Shown here: positions 10,386-20,186 of the stretch, in pieces
Position numbering within the stretch: position 1 is the stretch's first letter
Layout of the letters: the number at the start of each line of letters is the position of its first letter
IMG/VR virus record: IMGVR_UViG_3300034062_005355
DNA: 64,000 nucleotides
Strand: one strand, 5' to 3'
Source of the DNA: a virus
Lineage: Duplodnaviria; Caudoviricetes
Notes under the pieces: generated by a model
Databases searched by the model: none
What the model was told of the DNA's origin: nothing
What the model saw: only the letters and a program-made list of their open reading frames with translations
Translations under genes and position numbers: made by a program

Positions 10386-11297
10386 TTAATTACCAATAAC
10401 CCAATCGGATCTAAATGCTTCATTAGTATATTGTTCCATAACAGGTTGTGGAGAAGGTTCATCATAACCAATTTTTTCCTGATAATATTCGTTATTTAAC
10501 CATAAAGTTTGGTTATTTTTTTCATCATCAGACAATAAATCCCAATTAGTTTGTTTTGTTTTAGTAAAATCTTCTTTTATTATCGACATAACATCAATTG
10601 GTAAACCACTATCTAAAGAATCAATTCTTCGATCAATTAAATCCCAAAAAGAAGTTTCTCTATCGTATGCTCCATCAAGATTTTTAAATGCAGCAACACT
10701 ATTTCCTGTAAGTTTATTAATACAATAAATTAAAATCCCTCTTTGTGAATATCTTAAATAATATTCAGGATTTTTTTCACTTGTAGTACACCACTTAGTT
10801 CCCGCACCATATTTTTTGGATGCTAAAAATGAAAGAGGTTTAATAATTAACCATTCATCAGTTTCATATAATTTTTGAATTTGTTTTTCTAAACTTTTAT
10901 CAATTAGTTTTAAAGACGATAAAGCTATTTGAAGTTCTAACTCGTTAAATGTTTTATATGTGGTCAAATCATTATTAGTTATTAATTTTCTCTCATTCAA
11001 TTCTATAAATTTTTTAACATTTTTAAAATTACTATACCCGATATAGTCAGTTAAAATTCTATGAATGTTTAAAATCTGAAAGTTAGATTGTTGTTTTATG
11101 AATTCAATATCAAAATCAAATTCACTAACTAATTCGGTTGTTAAATCTCCAAAGTATTTTAAATCATTATTTTTATTCTTCATCAAATTAATAACCATCT
11201 CAGTATATTTTGGTTTTTTGAAAACATCGTGAATCACACCTATAACATCAATTGTTAGATTAGGGTTTTGTTTTTTTATCTCATCAATTTTAGACAT
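10386..11297 (-). CDS. protein with YGxxT(K/R)WC domain (paralog 1 of 3)
   Basis: IIKPLSFLASKKYGAGTKWCTT, shared with 53589-55142 and 55720-57534. Confidence 0.7.
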   Translation of the reverse strand: MSKIDEIKKQNPNLTIDVIGVIHDVFKKPKYTEMVINLMKNKNNDLKYFGDLTTELVSEFDFDIEFIKQQSNFQILNIHRILTDYIGYSNFKNVKKFIELNERKLITNNDLTTYKTFNELELQIALSSLKLIDKSLEKQIQKLYETDEWLIIKPLSFLASKKYGAGTKWCTTSEKNPEYYLRYSQRGILIYCINKLTGNSVAAFKNLDGAYDRETSFWDLIDRRIDSLDSGLPIDVMSIIKEDFTKTKQTNWDLLSDDEKNNQTLWLNNEYYQEKIGYDEPSPQPVMEQYTNEAFRSDWVIGN

Positions 11298-11367
11298 AAT
11301 TTTAAATTTTTTGTTAAATGTAGAATATATTTTTTAATAAATCAAATAATTAACCTATCTTTGTTAA

Positions 11368-11790
11368 ATGAAAAAAATAACAACTATACTATTACTATTT
11401 TTAACTTTAACCTCAAGATCCCAACAGAAAGACATACTTTATATTCCACAACAAAATTCCTTGGTTGCGTCTCACAATTATAAACAAATTGGTTTATATT
11501 TTGGAGGATATTTTTTAACAACACTACCTCAACCTTATGTGTATACTACACCATTATCAATAATTAATCGTGTTGGATTGACATATGTTAATAAAGATAA
11601 CACATATAGTATAATGTGTGGCGCATTTTTACAATCATATTTTGATCATGTTGACATGACTCCCGATGTTTGGGTTAAAATTTATCCAATAAGAATGATA
11701 ACTAAAAATAAAAAAAGTTTAGATTTTTCACTTGGTGTGAATTATTCTGACGGTTTTAGGTACGGAGTTGGGTTATCAATTCCATATTGA
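11368..11790 (+). CDS. secreted/outer-membrane-like protein
   Basis: signal peptide; TATCTTTG promoter at ~11356. Confidence 0.55.
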   Translation: MKKITTILLLFLTLTSRSQQKDILYIPQQNSLVASHNYKQIGLYFGGYFLTTLPQPYVYTTPLSIINRVGLTYVNKDNTYSIMCGAFLQSYFDHVDMTPDVWVKIYPIRMITKNKKSLDFSLGVNYSDGFRYGVGLSIPY

Positions 11791-11804
11791 AGTATTTATA
11801 ACTA

Positions 11805-12800
11805 ATGACACTAATAGATTTCCCAATAGAAAGATTAAATGAGTTTTTTAGAGACCATTCGTTTGTAATCCAAAACCCTTTTGGTGATGGATTAAATGAA
11901 AAAATGAATCTTACCGTTAAAGTACAATTAACAGGTGTTAAACCTATGATTTCAGTTGGTGAGTGGAAAGACTTTATTGAATATACTTTGTTTTTAGAAG
12001 AAATTGATAGTAGTTTTGGTAGAAAAATATTCGGTAATCAATTTGCAGTGTTAAAAACACACGACTATAAAATATCAAATACTGATACAACATTTTACTC
12101 AACAACCATTAAAGTTAATGATATATTACGTAACTTCTTGAAATATTGGGGGATGGATAACTATGTAACATGTAGAAGAATAGTTAATAATCTTGCTGAT
12201 GTAGACCCAAAGTATATGACAGAAAGTTTGATTACAGAAGGTAAATACGATGGTGTGGTTAGACAATTGGTTAAAGATGTTTTAAATATTATAAAATATC
12301 AAAAAGAAGGTGAATTTGAATTACCTGAAGACATTAATAATGAAATGGTGTATAGTTTTCCGCAAATAGAATCTGAATTTACTATTGAGTTATCTTTACA
12401 AGTTAGCGATGATGTTGAAACCGTTGATGTTGACGGAGCATATTATCCTGAAGACGATGTTATTGAAATTTTAATTATAACTAATCCAAATCTTAATAGA
12501 GAAATATTAGAAGAGCTTCATTTTGAACTTAATGAATTAATTAGGCATGAAATAGAACATATAATTCAATTTGAAAGAGGTGATAATATACCAAAGAAAG
12601 AGCCAAAAGCACCTTTAAAATATTATACTCAAAAACATGAGTTACAAGCTCAAATTGCTGGTTTTAAACGGAGAGCCCAAAAAGAAAGAAAACCATTAGA
12701 AGTTGTTATTAGAAGTTGGTTTAACAAAAACAAATTAAGACACAGATTGTCTCCTAAAAATGTTGAGATTGTAATAAACCAAATTCTTGAATTATCATAA
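11805..12800 (+). CDS. hypothetical protein with HExxH motif
   Basis: RHEIEH followed by E-x-x-A; TATTTATA at 11793-11800. Confidence 0.6.
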   Translation: MTLIDFPIERLNEFFRDHSFVIQNPFGDGLNEKMNLTVKVQLTGVKPMISVGEWKDFIEYTLFLEEIDSSFGRKIFGNQFAVLKTHDYKISNTDTTFYSTTIKVNDILRNFLKYWGMDNYVTCRRIVNNLADVDPKYMTESLITEGKYDGVVRQLVKDVLNIIKYQKEGEFELPEDINNEMVYSFPQIESEFTIELSLQVSDDVETVDVDGAYYPEDDVIEILIITNPNLNREILEELHFELNELIRHEIEHIIQFERGDNIPKKEPKAPLKYYTQKHELQAQIAGFKRRAQKERKPLEVVIRSWFNKNKLRHRLSPKNVEIVINQILELS

Positions 12801-13555
12801 TGAATAAAATTGCGTCATTTGCTAAAAAATTTTTAATGTCACAACCATTTTTTGAAGATGGTTTTGAATATCAATTTATATCAGTAGAACCTGATAGTGA
12901 TTGGGCAATCAAATTTACCGTAAATGTATTATTACCAAAAAAAGGTCAATCTTTTGTTGTAGAAAAATTCAGTTATGACATTGGTGTTATTATAGAAAAC
13001 GCCTCAAGATATATTGGTGAAGGTATTTCTTATACAGAAAACATTTTAGTTGAAGGCAGACCTATTCCTGAAAATGGTGTGTATATAAATGATGAAGATT
13101 GTGATGAAATCATTCGTTCGTTAAATGAGAATGTAAAACAAATAACATTGTCTAACGATAAAGATGTTTCATATGTTAGTGTAAAAATTTTATTTTTTCG
13201 TAATACTGAAAGAAATAAATTTTATTTAATGGATTCTCATCAGTACATTGATTTTTATCTAAAATATGATATTGGTAGAATTGAATATAATAATGCTCCT
13301 GTACGTATAAATCAAAAGATGTTTGATAGTTTTGGTGAGGTTTTTAATGAAAAACTTCAGGATTCAAGTAGATTTAGAGATGGATTACAAGACATAATTT
13401 ATCGTGTTTTGGAACCAAGTATAAAAATACAAGACATTGAAGTTTATATTAACGCCCAATATTGGATAGATAAAATAGATGGTATGGAAGTTCTTGTAGA
13501 TGGTAATAGTACCATATATGAATTTATACCTGAAATGTTTATTGAAATTTCTTAA
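12800..13555 (+). CDS. hypothetical protein
   Basis: 251-aa ORF coupled to the previous gene. Confidence 0.65.
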   Translation: MNKIASFAKKFLMSQPFFEDGFEYQFISVEPDSDWAIKFTVNVLLPKKGQSFVVEKFSYDIGVIIENASRYIGEGISYTENILVEGRPIPENGVYINDEDCDEIIRSLNENVKQITLSNDKDVSYVSVKILFFRNTERNKFYLMDSHQYIDFYLKYDIGRIEYNNAPVRINQKMFDSFGEVFNEKLQDSSRFRDGLQDIIYRVLEPSIKIQDIEVYINAQYWIDKIDGMEVLVDGNSTIYEFIPEMFIEIS

Positions 13556-14159
13556 TAATTTTTTTGATTGTTTCGGTTAGAGCAATTTGGCCAGTAAGTA
13601 CAACTCCTGAGGCAACTAATCTTTTTGCAATTGTCATTGCGGTTGTTTGTATATCACTACCTTCCGTGATTGCGGATTGAATATCTGTGATAATTGGAAT
13701 TAAAAACGAATACGTCACTAATTCTAATGTTGACCCTAAAGTAACATTGGCAGATTTCATAAAATTAAAAAATGAATCTCTTAAATTTCTTGATTTAATT
13801 AAAACTTCTTTAAATGTATCTTCTAAACCTTCTTCTTTAATTTTGGTTAAAATTGTTTTAAGAGTTTTTACGTTATCGTAGAAATATGTACATGCAACGC
13901 CAATTAAGATTAAAGTCGCTTGGTCATCTGTTAATTCAAATCTTCCTGTTCTTATAAAGTTATTTAGTGGCATAACTAAACCACCAACAGACGATCCCCA
14001 AGTTAAAAGTAACTTTAGGTTCAAACCATAAGTCTTTTTCGCCTTGTTAACAAGATTACTTGTAAATGAATACAATTCTTTCATGTAATCACTCATCTTT
14101 GATTGGTCTTGTTCTTGTAAAATAATTCTCAGTTGAGATTCGTTAATTAAAAAATCCAT
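13539..14159 (-). CDS. hypothetical protein
   Basis: 206-aa ORF; minus-strand TATTTATA at 14165-14172. Confidence 0.65.
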   Translation of the reverse strand: MDFLINESQLRIILQEQDQSKMSDYMKELYSFTSNLVNKAKKTYGLNLKLLLTWGSSVGGLVMPLNNFIRTGRFELTDDQATLILIGVACTYFYDNVKTLKTILTKIKEEGLEDTFKEVLIKSRNLRDSFFNFMKSANVTLGSTLELVTYSFLIPIITDIQSAITEGSDIQTTAMTIAKRLVASGVVLTGQIALTETIKKIIKKFQ

Positions 14160-14192
14160 ATAATTATAAATATACTAAAGATATTTATTGTT

Positions 14193-14804
14193 ATGAGTAA
14201 ATCAAAGAAAGAGTTAAATCCAAAATTAGTTAAAGGTGATAGAATCATGTGTCTTCATATGGATGGTGAGACTTCAGTACCTCCTATGACAACAGGAACC
14301 GTTAGAAGTGTCGTTAGAGACCCTTTTGAAGATAATAGTGAGATTATTAATGTTAATTGGGATAATGATAGTACATTAGGTTTAATATCAATTACGGACA
14401 GTTGGGTTAAAATTGCCCAAGAAACTCTTGAAGAACAAGCAGGTAGCACCTCCGAATACGATTTTTTCAATAAGAATCCTGAAATATTTAATAACTTTGA
14501 TTGGAGATTTTTAAGAAAGTTTTTAAATAAATTAAGAGAGGCCGGACCTGTTAATATGTTTCAATCCCAACCATTTTTATATTCAGGTAGAGAATGGATT
14601 GATAGATATTATGGTGAAAATCAAGAAGATAATGAAGATTTTCAAGAAGTTTTAGAAATGGCGGATGAAGCCAAAAATAAAATGATTCAAGGAGTCTTAA
14701 AATATATGAAATCTGAAGGGTTTGAAATTGAAATAGATAAAGTTAATCATTTGATTAAGAAGTTTTCGAGTAGTATTTTAAAGTTTTATATCTCTTTCTT
14801 TTAA
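14193..14804 (+). CDS. DUF4314-like N-terminal domain protein
   Basis: GDRIMCLHMDGETSVPPMTTGTV...INVNWDNDSTLGL. Confidence 0.5.
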   Translation: MSKSKKELNPKLVKGDRIMCLHMDGETSVPPMTTGTVRSVVRDPFEDNSEIINVNWDNDSTLGLISITDSWVKIAQETLEEQAGSTSEYDFFNKNPEIFNNFDWRFLRKFLNKLREAGPVNMFQSQPFLYSGREWIDRYYGENQEDNEDFQEVLEMADEAKNKMIQGVLKYMKSEGFEIEIDKVNHLIKKFSSSILKFYISFF

Positions 14805-14955
14805 ATAACTTAAATTTTCTTTTTTTTGGAGGGACTTTTCCCTCCTTTTTTATTTCAATAACTTTAGGTGTTGTGATGGTATTACTAGGGATGAACTCGT
14901 CTTTTTTACACGAGCCCATCATAAGTAATATTAATAAAGTTAAAATTCTAATCAT
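14755..14955 (-). CDS. small lipoprotein
   Basis: lipobox-like MMGSC. Confidence 0.5.
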   Translation of the reverse strand: MIRILTLLILLMMGSCKKDEFIPSNTITTPKVIEIKKEGKVPPKKRKFKLFKRKRYKTLKYYSKTS

Positions 14956-15572
14956 TATTTTTCTTTGATATCGTAGTAAAATGAATTACTATCTTCAGTC
15001 ACCCATCTATCAGATTGGTTTTCAACCGATATTGACTCTGTATCAACTTTAAATTGTTTTAAATCTTCAGGAAGTGATTTGGTAACCCAATTACTATCCC
15101 TCCAAAAAAGTCTATTGTTTGGTTGACATAATAAATACCCCTCATCTGACTCAAATATATGTCCACATTTATAATCAGATGGTTCATCGCTATATGGGTT
15201 ATTATACCAATCGACAGTAAACATATATGTCCCCCAAACTTTTGTCCCGTCTCTTAATACTATCTGAGCCCTGTGAAATGCTAAAAAATCATATTCAATT
15301 ACAGAAACGTTCTCACTAAAACAATCCCACAATTGTTTAAAATTGAAGGGGATATCATTGGTTGGAATTTTTGTGTAGATTTCGGATAATGGTACCCTAC
15401 TTCTTAACATACCAGTATCAGTCATAACGTGAAAAGTAAGTATTTGACCACCACAAGATTGAATACCGAAAATGTAAACACCATAATAATCGTTTGCGTC
15501 TTCTTCATTTTTAGTAAAATAAGATTTTTTAACAAATCCTTTAAAGGATGGAATATTTGAATTTAATTTCAT
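14955..15572 (-). CDS. hypothetical phage protein
   Basis: 205-aa ORF. Confidence 0.65.
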   Translation of the reverse strand: MKLNSNIPSFKGFVKKSYFTKNEEDANDYYGVYIFGIQSCGGQILTFHVMTDTGMLRSRVPLSEIYTKIPTNDIPFNFKQLWDCFSENVSVIEYDFLAFHRAQIVLRDGTKVWGTYMFTVDWYNNPYSDEPSDYKCGHIFESDEGYLLCQPNNRLFWRDSNWVTKSLPEDLKQFKVDTESISVENQSDRWVTEDSNSFYYDIKEK

Positions 15573-15750
15573 TTTTTATAGTAGGGTATTTTATATATTT
15601 CATAATATTCGCTTAAACCTCCTTCAAGAGGTGCCAAATCTTTTATTGCCATTTCATATCCATTTTTACCCATTGCAATTTTTAACAACTCTAACCTTTC
15701 TTCTGGTGAGTATTTGATATTATTTTCTTTTATTTTATCCATAATATATT

Positions 15751-16845
15751 TTAATTTGATAATGGTGCTTTAATTGATGGGTGCGATTGATAATCATTTA
15801 AATAAAAATCTTCAAATACTAATTTATCCCAGTTACCACTATTAGGTTGTAATGATGATGGTAATGTTATGGTTGGTAATGAATATGATTCTCTTGTTAT
15901 TTGTTCTTTAGCTTGCTCAACATGATTTGAATATAAATGAGTATCACCTAAGTTACCAATCAATTCATCAGGTACCATATTAACTTCTTTAGCAATGATT
16001 TCAAGTAATAATCCATAAGAAGCAATGTTGAATGGTAAACCTAAAAATGTATCTACTGAACGCTGATTCCACATTAAAGAGATTGCTCTGGTTGGAGTAT
16101 TAGTATAGTCTAGGTATTTCTTTATAATGTCTCTATCATCTCTTTTAATAGCTTCATCAATATCCATATCAATATCTATATTACATAACTTAAGCCTCTC
16201 TTCCATACTCAACTCTCTTGTAAAAAATTGAAAATCAGTATGACAAGGAGGAAGAACCATTTGGTCTAATTCACCAACGTTCCAAGCATTAACTCTATTA
16301 CGTCTTGAATCTGGGTCTGTTTTAAGTAGATTGATTGAGTTTGCGATTTGGTCTATTTCATTCCAATCATTATAAGAATTATAATCAGCCCCGTCTGTAG
16401 TGTAATTACACTCCCACTTTCTCCATTGCTTACCATAAATTGGACCTAAATCACCCCACTTTTTAGCAAACTCATTATCGATTTCGATTCGTTCTATAAA
16501 ACTTTCTTTATTGAGATATTCAAATCCCTCTAATCCGTTTTCCTTATGAGATTGAATTATAGATTTTTCATAATTCTTATAAGCATCACCATTCCAAATA
16601 TTACAACCATTATCAACTAAGTACTTAATATTTGTATCACCTCTCAAAAACCATAACAATTCCGTTACTATTGATTTAAAATGTAATTTTTTAGTTGTAA
16701 GTAAAGGAAATCCTGTTTTCATATCGTGACGGATTTGTCTACCGAATACTGAAATGGTTCCAGTTCCTGTACGATCCATTTTACGGGTACCATTATCTAA
16801 AATGTCCTGTAATAAATCTGTGTATCGTTTATCTAAATTATTCAT
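15751..16845 (-). CDS. thyA: thymidylate synthase with two in-frame insertions
   Basis: DRTGTGT, FPLLTTKK, ELLWFLRG, LPPCH, WNQRSVDTFLGLPFNIASY, GDTHLY, YQSHPSIKAPLS. Confidence 0.97.
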   Translation of the reverse strand: MNNLDKRYTDLLQDILDNGTRKMDRTGTGTISVFGRQIRHDMKTGFPLLTTKKLHFKSIVTELLWFLRGDTNIKYLVDNGCNIWNGDAYKNYEKSIIQSHKENGLEGFEYLNKESFIERIEIDNEFAKKWGDLGPIYGKQWRKWECNYTTDGADYNSYNDWNEIDQIANSINLLKTDPDSRRNRVNAWNVGELDQMVLPPCHTDFQFFTRELSMEERLKLCNIDIDMDIDEAIKRDDRDIIKKYLDYTNTPTRAISLMWNQRSVDTFLGLPFNIASYGLLLEIIAKEVNMVPDELIGNLGDTHLYSNHVEQAKEQITRESYSLPTITLPSSLQPNSGNWDKLVFEDFYLNDYQSHPSIKAPLSN

Positions 16846-17044
16846 ATCTTAATTTTATTTTATCGTAATCGGTATCATACCACTCACCATTCTCTTGTTT
16901 ATGTTCTCTGATAAGTTGTGCTAATAGGATTTCGCACAACCCTACTTCTGAACAGTCTCCTTTATCCCAACCCATCCAATTTTGTTTTGTTATTGGGTCT
17001 TCCATATTTAATAGTGATTCTATTTGGTCTCTTCTTTTATTCAT
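16838..17044 (-). CDS. hypothetical protein
   Basis: 68-aa ORF coupled to thyA. Confidence 0.55.
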   Translation of the reverse strand: MNKRRDQIESLLNMEDPITKQNWMGWDKGDCSEVGLCEILLAQLIREHKQENGEWYDTDYDKIKLRYE

Positions 17045-17381
17045 AACTTTCTAATTTAGTATCGTTGTATGTTATTGTGATTAGTTTTCGTGGATATAGT
17101 GTTGTACTTCCTTTGAGTACTGGGTTGGTTTGATCTACTTGTTCCAATGTTGTTCGTTCTTCAATCTTTAATCCCCACCTTTCAGAAAACTCTGTATCGG
17201 TTTTACATTTGTTGATGAATTCTTCTTGTGTATGATGAATATAATTTGGATAACCTGAGTTAAATTCTAGTCCATTTGATTTGAAATGTTTTTCTCTTTC
17301 CGAGAAAGTAATAGAACCTATTAATGCTTTTGTGTAATTCACATAAACCTCATCCAATAATTCTTGTTGTTCTTTATTCAT
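17037..17381 (-). CDS. ThyA-insert-like protein, paralog A
   Basis: MNKEQQELLDE.Y.NY...EEFINKCKTDTEFSERWGLKIEER...KLITITYND. Confidence 0.7.
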   Translation of the reverse strand: MNKEQQELLDEVYVNYTKALIGSITFSEREKHFKSNGLEFNSGYPNYIHHTQEEFINKCKTDTEFSERWGLKIEERTTLEQVDQTNPVLKGSTTLYPRKLITITYNDTKLESYE

Positions 17382-17584
17382 AACTTTCTATTGTTAGTTG
17401 TTTCTGGTATTTTATTAATAAATGACTTCATTATATTTGGTATAGTATTTGTTTCATCGTATATCACATCATACTCACCATTATTAGACATTATCTTTAC
17501 AAATTCGTCAGATTCTTCTTTTGTTTTTTTTGCGGGAGTTCCATCCATATTAGTAACCCCACAAAATATAATCGGTTTATTCAT
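17378..17584 (-). CDS. hypothetical protein
   Basis: 68-aa ORF between the paralogs. Confidence 0.5.
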   Translation of the reverse strand: MNKPIIFCGVTNMDGTPAKKTKEESDEFVKIMSNNGEYDVIYDETNTIPNIMKSFINKIPETTNNRKL

Positions 17585-17930
17585 AACTTTCTATTGTTTT
17601 ATCGTTGTATGTTATTGTGATTAGTTTGGTTGGGATATTCCATTTATCATAATCTTCGTGTGTACATAGATTATCACCAATCCATTTATAGTTTAATATA
17701 CCATCATTTGTTTCTTTAGGGTGTCTTTTAATATATTCATCACATCTTTCATCTCTGCTCAACTCTCGTTCCTCAATCTTTAATCCCCACCTTTCAGAGA
17801 ACTCTGTATCGGTTTTACACTTGTTGATGAATTCTTCTTTTTTAAGAGATTCTACTTGAGTAGACATTCCGGCAACGATTGAATAATTTTTATATGCCTC
17901 ATCCAATAATTCTTGTTGTTCTTTATTCAT
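17577..17930 (-). CDS. ThyA-insert-like protein, paralog B
   Basis: DEAYKNY...KEEFINKCKTDTEFSERWG...RELSRDER...NIPTKLITITYN. Confidence 0.7.
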   Translation of the reverse strand: MNKEQQELLDEAYKNYSIVAGMSTQVESLKKEEFINKCKTDTEFSERWGLKIEERELSRDERCDEYIKRHPKETNDGILNYKWIGDNLCTHEDYDKWNIPTKLITITYNDKTIESYE

Positions 17931-18285
17931 AACTTTCTATTGTTTTATCGTTGTATGTTATTGTGATTAGTTTGGTTGGTACATTGTGTTTGTCGCACAT
18001 ATAATTAGCAAAATCAAATTCTTCCATATTAGGTGTTAGGTCGGCTATCTTCCATCTTTCCATCATATCTAACTCTCGTTCCTCAATCTTTAACCCCCAC
18101 TTTTCAGAGAATGTTTTATCGTAAGTACATAAATCAACAAACATTTCTTTGTTGGGTTTTCGGTAGGTTGATTTACCATCCAGTCGTTTAACTAAAAGAC
18201 ACATCCCAATAGAATTATCTTTTTCATATTCCTTTGAATAATTCTCATAAGCAACATCCAATAATTCTTCTTGTTCTTTATTCAT
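17923..18285 (-). CDS. ThyA-insert-like protein, paralog C
   Basis: start reassigned to MNKEQ (CAT at 18283-18285) by homology with A and B; NKEMF...DKTFSEKWG...RELDMMER...NVPTKLITITYN. Confidence 0.7.
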   Translation of the reverse strand: MNKEQEELLDVAYENYSKEYEKDNSIGMCLLVKRLDGKSTYRKPNKEMFVDLCTYDKTFSEKWGLKIEERELDMMERWKIADLTPNMEEFDFANYMCDKHNVPTKLITITYNDKTIESYE

Positions 18286-18287
18286 AA

Positions 18288-18662
18288 TTAATCTTTTGTA
18301 TCTGTTATTTCGTAATGTAATAACGCAAACCATAAGTTCTGCAACTGGTGGACGTACTTTATATCAAATGAAATTGGATATTTTATCCCATCATCTTTTG
18401 GGTTAGCACTATCTGTATATTCTTGATAGAAAGACCAGTTTTTAGCCCAATCCCTATATCTGAAACAGAACTTATAATCGTATATTCCTCTACACCAATA
18501 TTCACCATCTATATAAAATCTAAATTTGGTAAACCATTCATCAGTTAGTGGTATACCTTTAATATGGGATAAATCTGATTCCATACTTACACCTTTAATT
18601 TCAAGTATACCACCTAAATTATCAAATACATAATTCCCAATTCTTAATTCTGTTGATTTCAT
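18288..18662 (-). CDS. hypothetical phage protein
   Basis: MKSTELRIGNYV...IKYVHQLQNLWFAL. Confidence 0.65.
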   Translation of the reverse strand: MKSTELRIGNYVFDNLGGILEIKGVSMESDLSHIKGIPLTDEWFTKFRFYIDGEYWCRGIYDYKFCFRYRDWAKNWSFYQEYTDSANPKDDGIKYPISFDIKYVHQLQNLWFALLHYEITDTKD

Positions 18663-18764
18663 GTTATTCTTTATTCATTTTTAATTATGTTTATGCCACA
18701 CCCATTGGTTGCATATACGATATGAATATCGGGTATGCGATAGTTATATTCAATATCAAAAATT

Positions 18765-19121
18765 TTATGGTTTTATAGAAATTGAATTAAACCACTTGAG
18801 TTCAGATGTTAATTCATTCAACTTACCTTCGTATTTAACTATTTTATTTTCGTTCAATGGTTCGGATATTTTATAACCACCATCAATCTTTATATGTTTA
18901 GTTTCTTTTTGATTTAGTTTGGAATGAATATTACCAATCCTCTCATTTATTGATTTAACATTCATATCAATAACCCATCTAACATCATCTATATTATGTT
19001 TAGATAATTCTTCAACAACTCCATTCCATTTAGTAATGAGTTTTGTTTCTAAATCAAAAACTAAACCACGTTGTCCGCCAAGACAACCATCTTCTTCAAA
19101 CCATTCAATTTCTTTTTTCAT
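18765..19121 (-). CDS. hypothetical protein
   Basis: 118-aa ORF. Confidence 0.55.
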   Translation of the reverse strand: MKKEIEWFEEDGCLGGQRGLVFDLETKLITKWNGVVEELSKHNIDDVRWVIDMNVKSINERIGNIHSKLNQKETKHIKIDGGYKISEPLNENKIVKYEGKLNELTSELKWFNSISIKP

Positions 19122-19146
19122 ATGTATAAATTTTTTGATACTAAAT

Positions 19147-19181
19147 ATAACAAATGATAAACAACATTAAAACGATTGTTT
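19147..19181. repeat. 35-bp direct repeat, copy 1 (palindromic, REP-like)
   Basis: ATAACAAATGATAAACAACATTAAAACGATTGTTT, identical at 19555-19589; this copy continues into an ATGATAAACA/TGTTTATCAT inverted repeat. Confidence 0.75.
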
Positions 19182-19218
19182 ATCATCGGACGTTATGTGT
19201 AATAAATTAATTTTTATG

Positions 19219-19512
19219 TTATTTTTGATTTAAAACCATTCTCGAAAGTGATTTACCAATTACACCCCAATTATTCTTAAAAAAATCTTCACCTTCTGGA
19301 GAGTTGTTCCAAAACATAAACCCATCACTCTTTTCAATCTCTTTCATTATATTAAGTGATTTTTCAACAGTTATTTCATCTGTTCGTAGTTCCAAAGGAA
19401 CATTTCTACCAATTTGTACCACACCATTTTTATCTTTATAAGTGTATCCAACCAAACCCATTGGTAAATCACAAAAAACTAAGTTCTTAAAATAAATTTC
19501 TCTTGTTGTCAT
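19219..19512 (-). CDS. hypothetical protein
   Basis: 97-aa ORF between the two repeat copies. Confidence 0.55.
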   Translation of the reverse strand: MTTREIYFKNLVFCDLPMGLVGYTYKDKNGVVQIGRNVPLELRTDEITVEKSLNIMKEIEKSDGFMFWNNSPEGEDFFKNNWGVIGKSLSRMVLNQK

Positions 19513-19554
19513 AATATTTTTTTTTCAAAGGTATAAAAATTAATTTACATACAC

Positions 19555-19589
19555 ATAACAAATGATAAACAACATTAAAACGATTGTTT
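19555..19589. repeat. 35-bp direct repeat, copy 2
   Basis: identical to 19147-19181. Confidence 0.75.
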
Positions 19590-19591
19590 CT

Positions 19592-19897
19592 TTATTCATT
19601 TTCTAATCCATCGTTAAGTGTGGCGTCCCAATCTGAAAATTCTTTCATCTCATCTTCAGTATATTCATAAGCACCATCAGGACCAATTTGAAAGTCATCA
19701 GATACATATGGTGTAAAAACCTCGTCATATTCACCTTTAATATGTTCGTTAACTGTTGCATCTGCATACCCTGCCGCTTTTAATAAGCCTTTTAAAGCAT
19801 CACAAAGTTCTCCTAAACTCACATCGCATGATAATTCTGCTGTGAACTTTCTACCATAATGTGATATTGTTACTATTGTTTGTTCTGGTTTAATCAT
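19592..19897 (-). CDS. hypothetical protein
   Basis: 101-aa ORF. Confidence 0.55.
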   Translation of the reverse strand: MIKPEQTIVTISHYGRKFTAELSCDVSLGELCDALKGLLKAAGYADATVNEHIKGEYDEVFTPYVSDDFQIGPDGAYEYTEDEMKEFSDWDATLNDGLENE

Positions 19898-19919
19898 TTG
19901 TTACCTCCGTATTCTCGTT

Positions 19920-20186
19920 TTATACATAATAAGTGTATGGTGTATATTCATATTCATTCCCTATATGTTCACACATTCCATGTCCCATATACTCTGACAT
20001 CAAATATGATTCAGCATCTGAGTATGTTTTATGTGATATTCTTTTAGATTCTACCTCTTTCTGAACAATCTCAATCCATTCACCCCAAAAATTCTTTTTT
20101 TGGATAATATATTCAACTTCAGATCTCCCGTTATCATTTTTTAATTCATTAACACAATGAATTATTTCCACTATTCTAAATTTCAT
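19920..20186 (-). CDS. hypothetical protein
   Basis: 88-aa ORF. Confidence 0.55.
   Translation of the reverse strand: MKFRIVEIIHCVNELKNDNGRSEVEYIIQKKNFWGEWIEIVQKEVESKRISHKTYSDAESYLMSEYMGHGMCEHIGNEYEYTPYTYYV

Noticed and set aside
15751-16845. Intron or intein in thyA
   Set aside because: The frame is uninterrupted; inserts are ~45-50 aa and lack intein C/S...HN termini.
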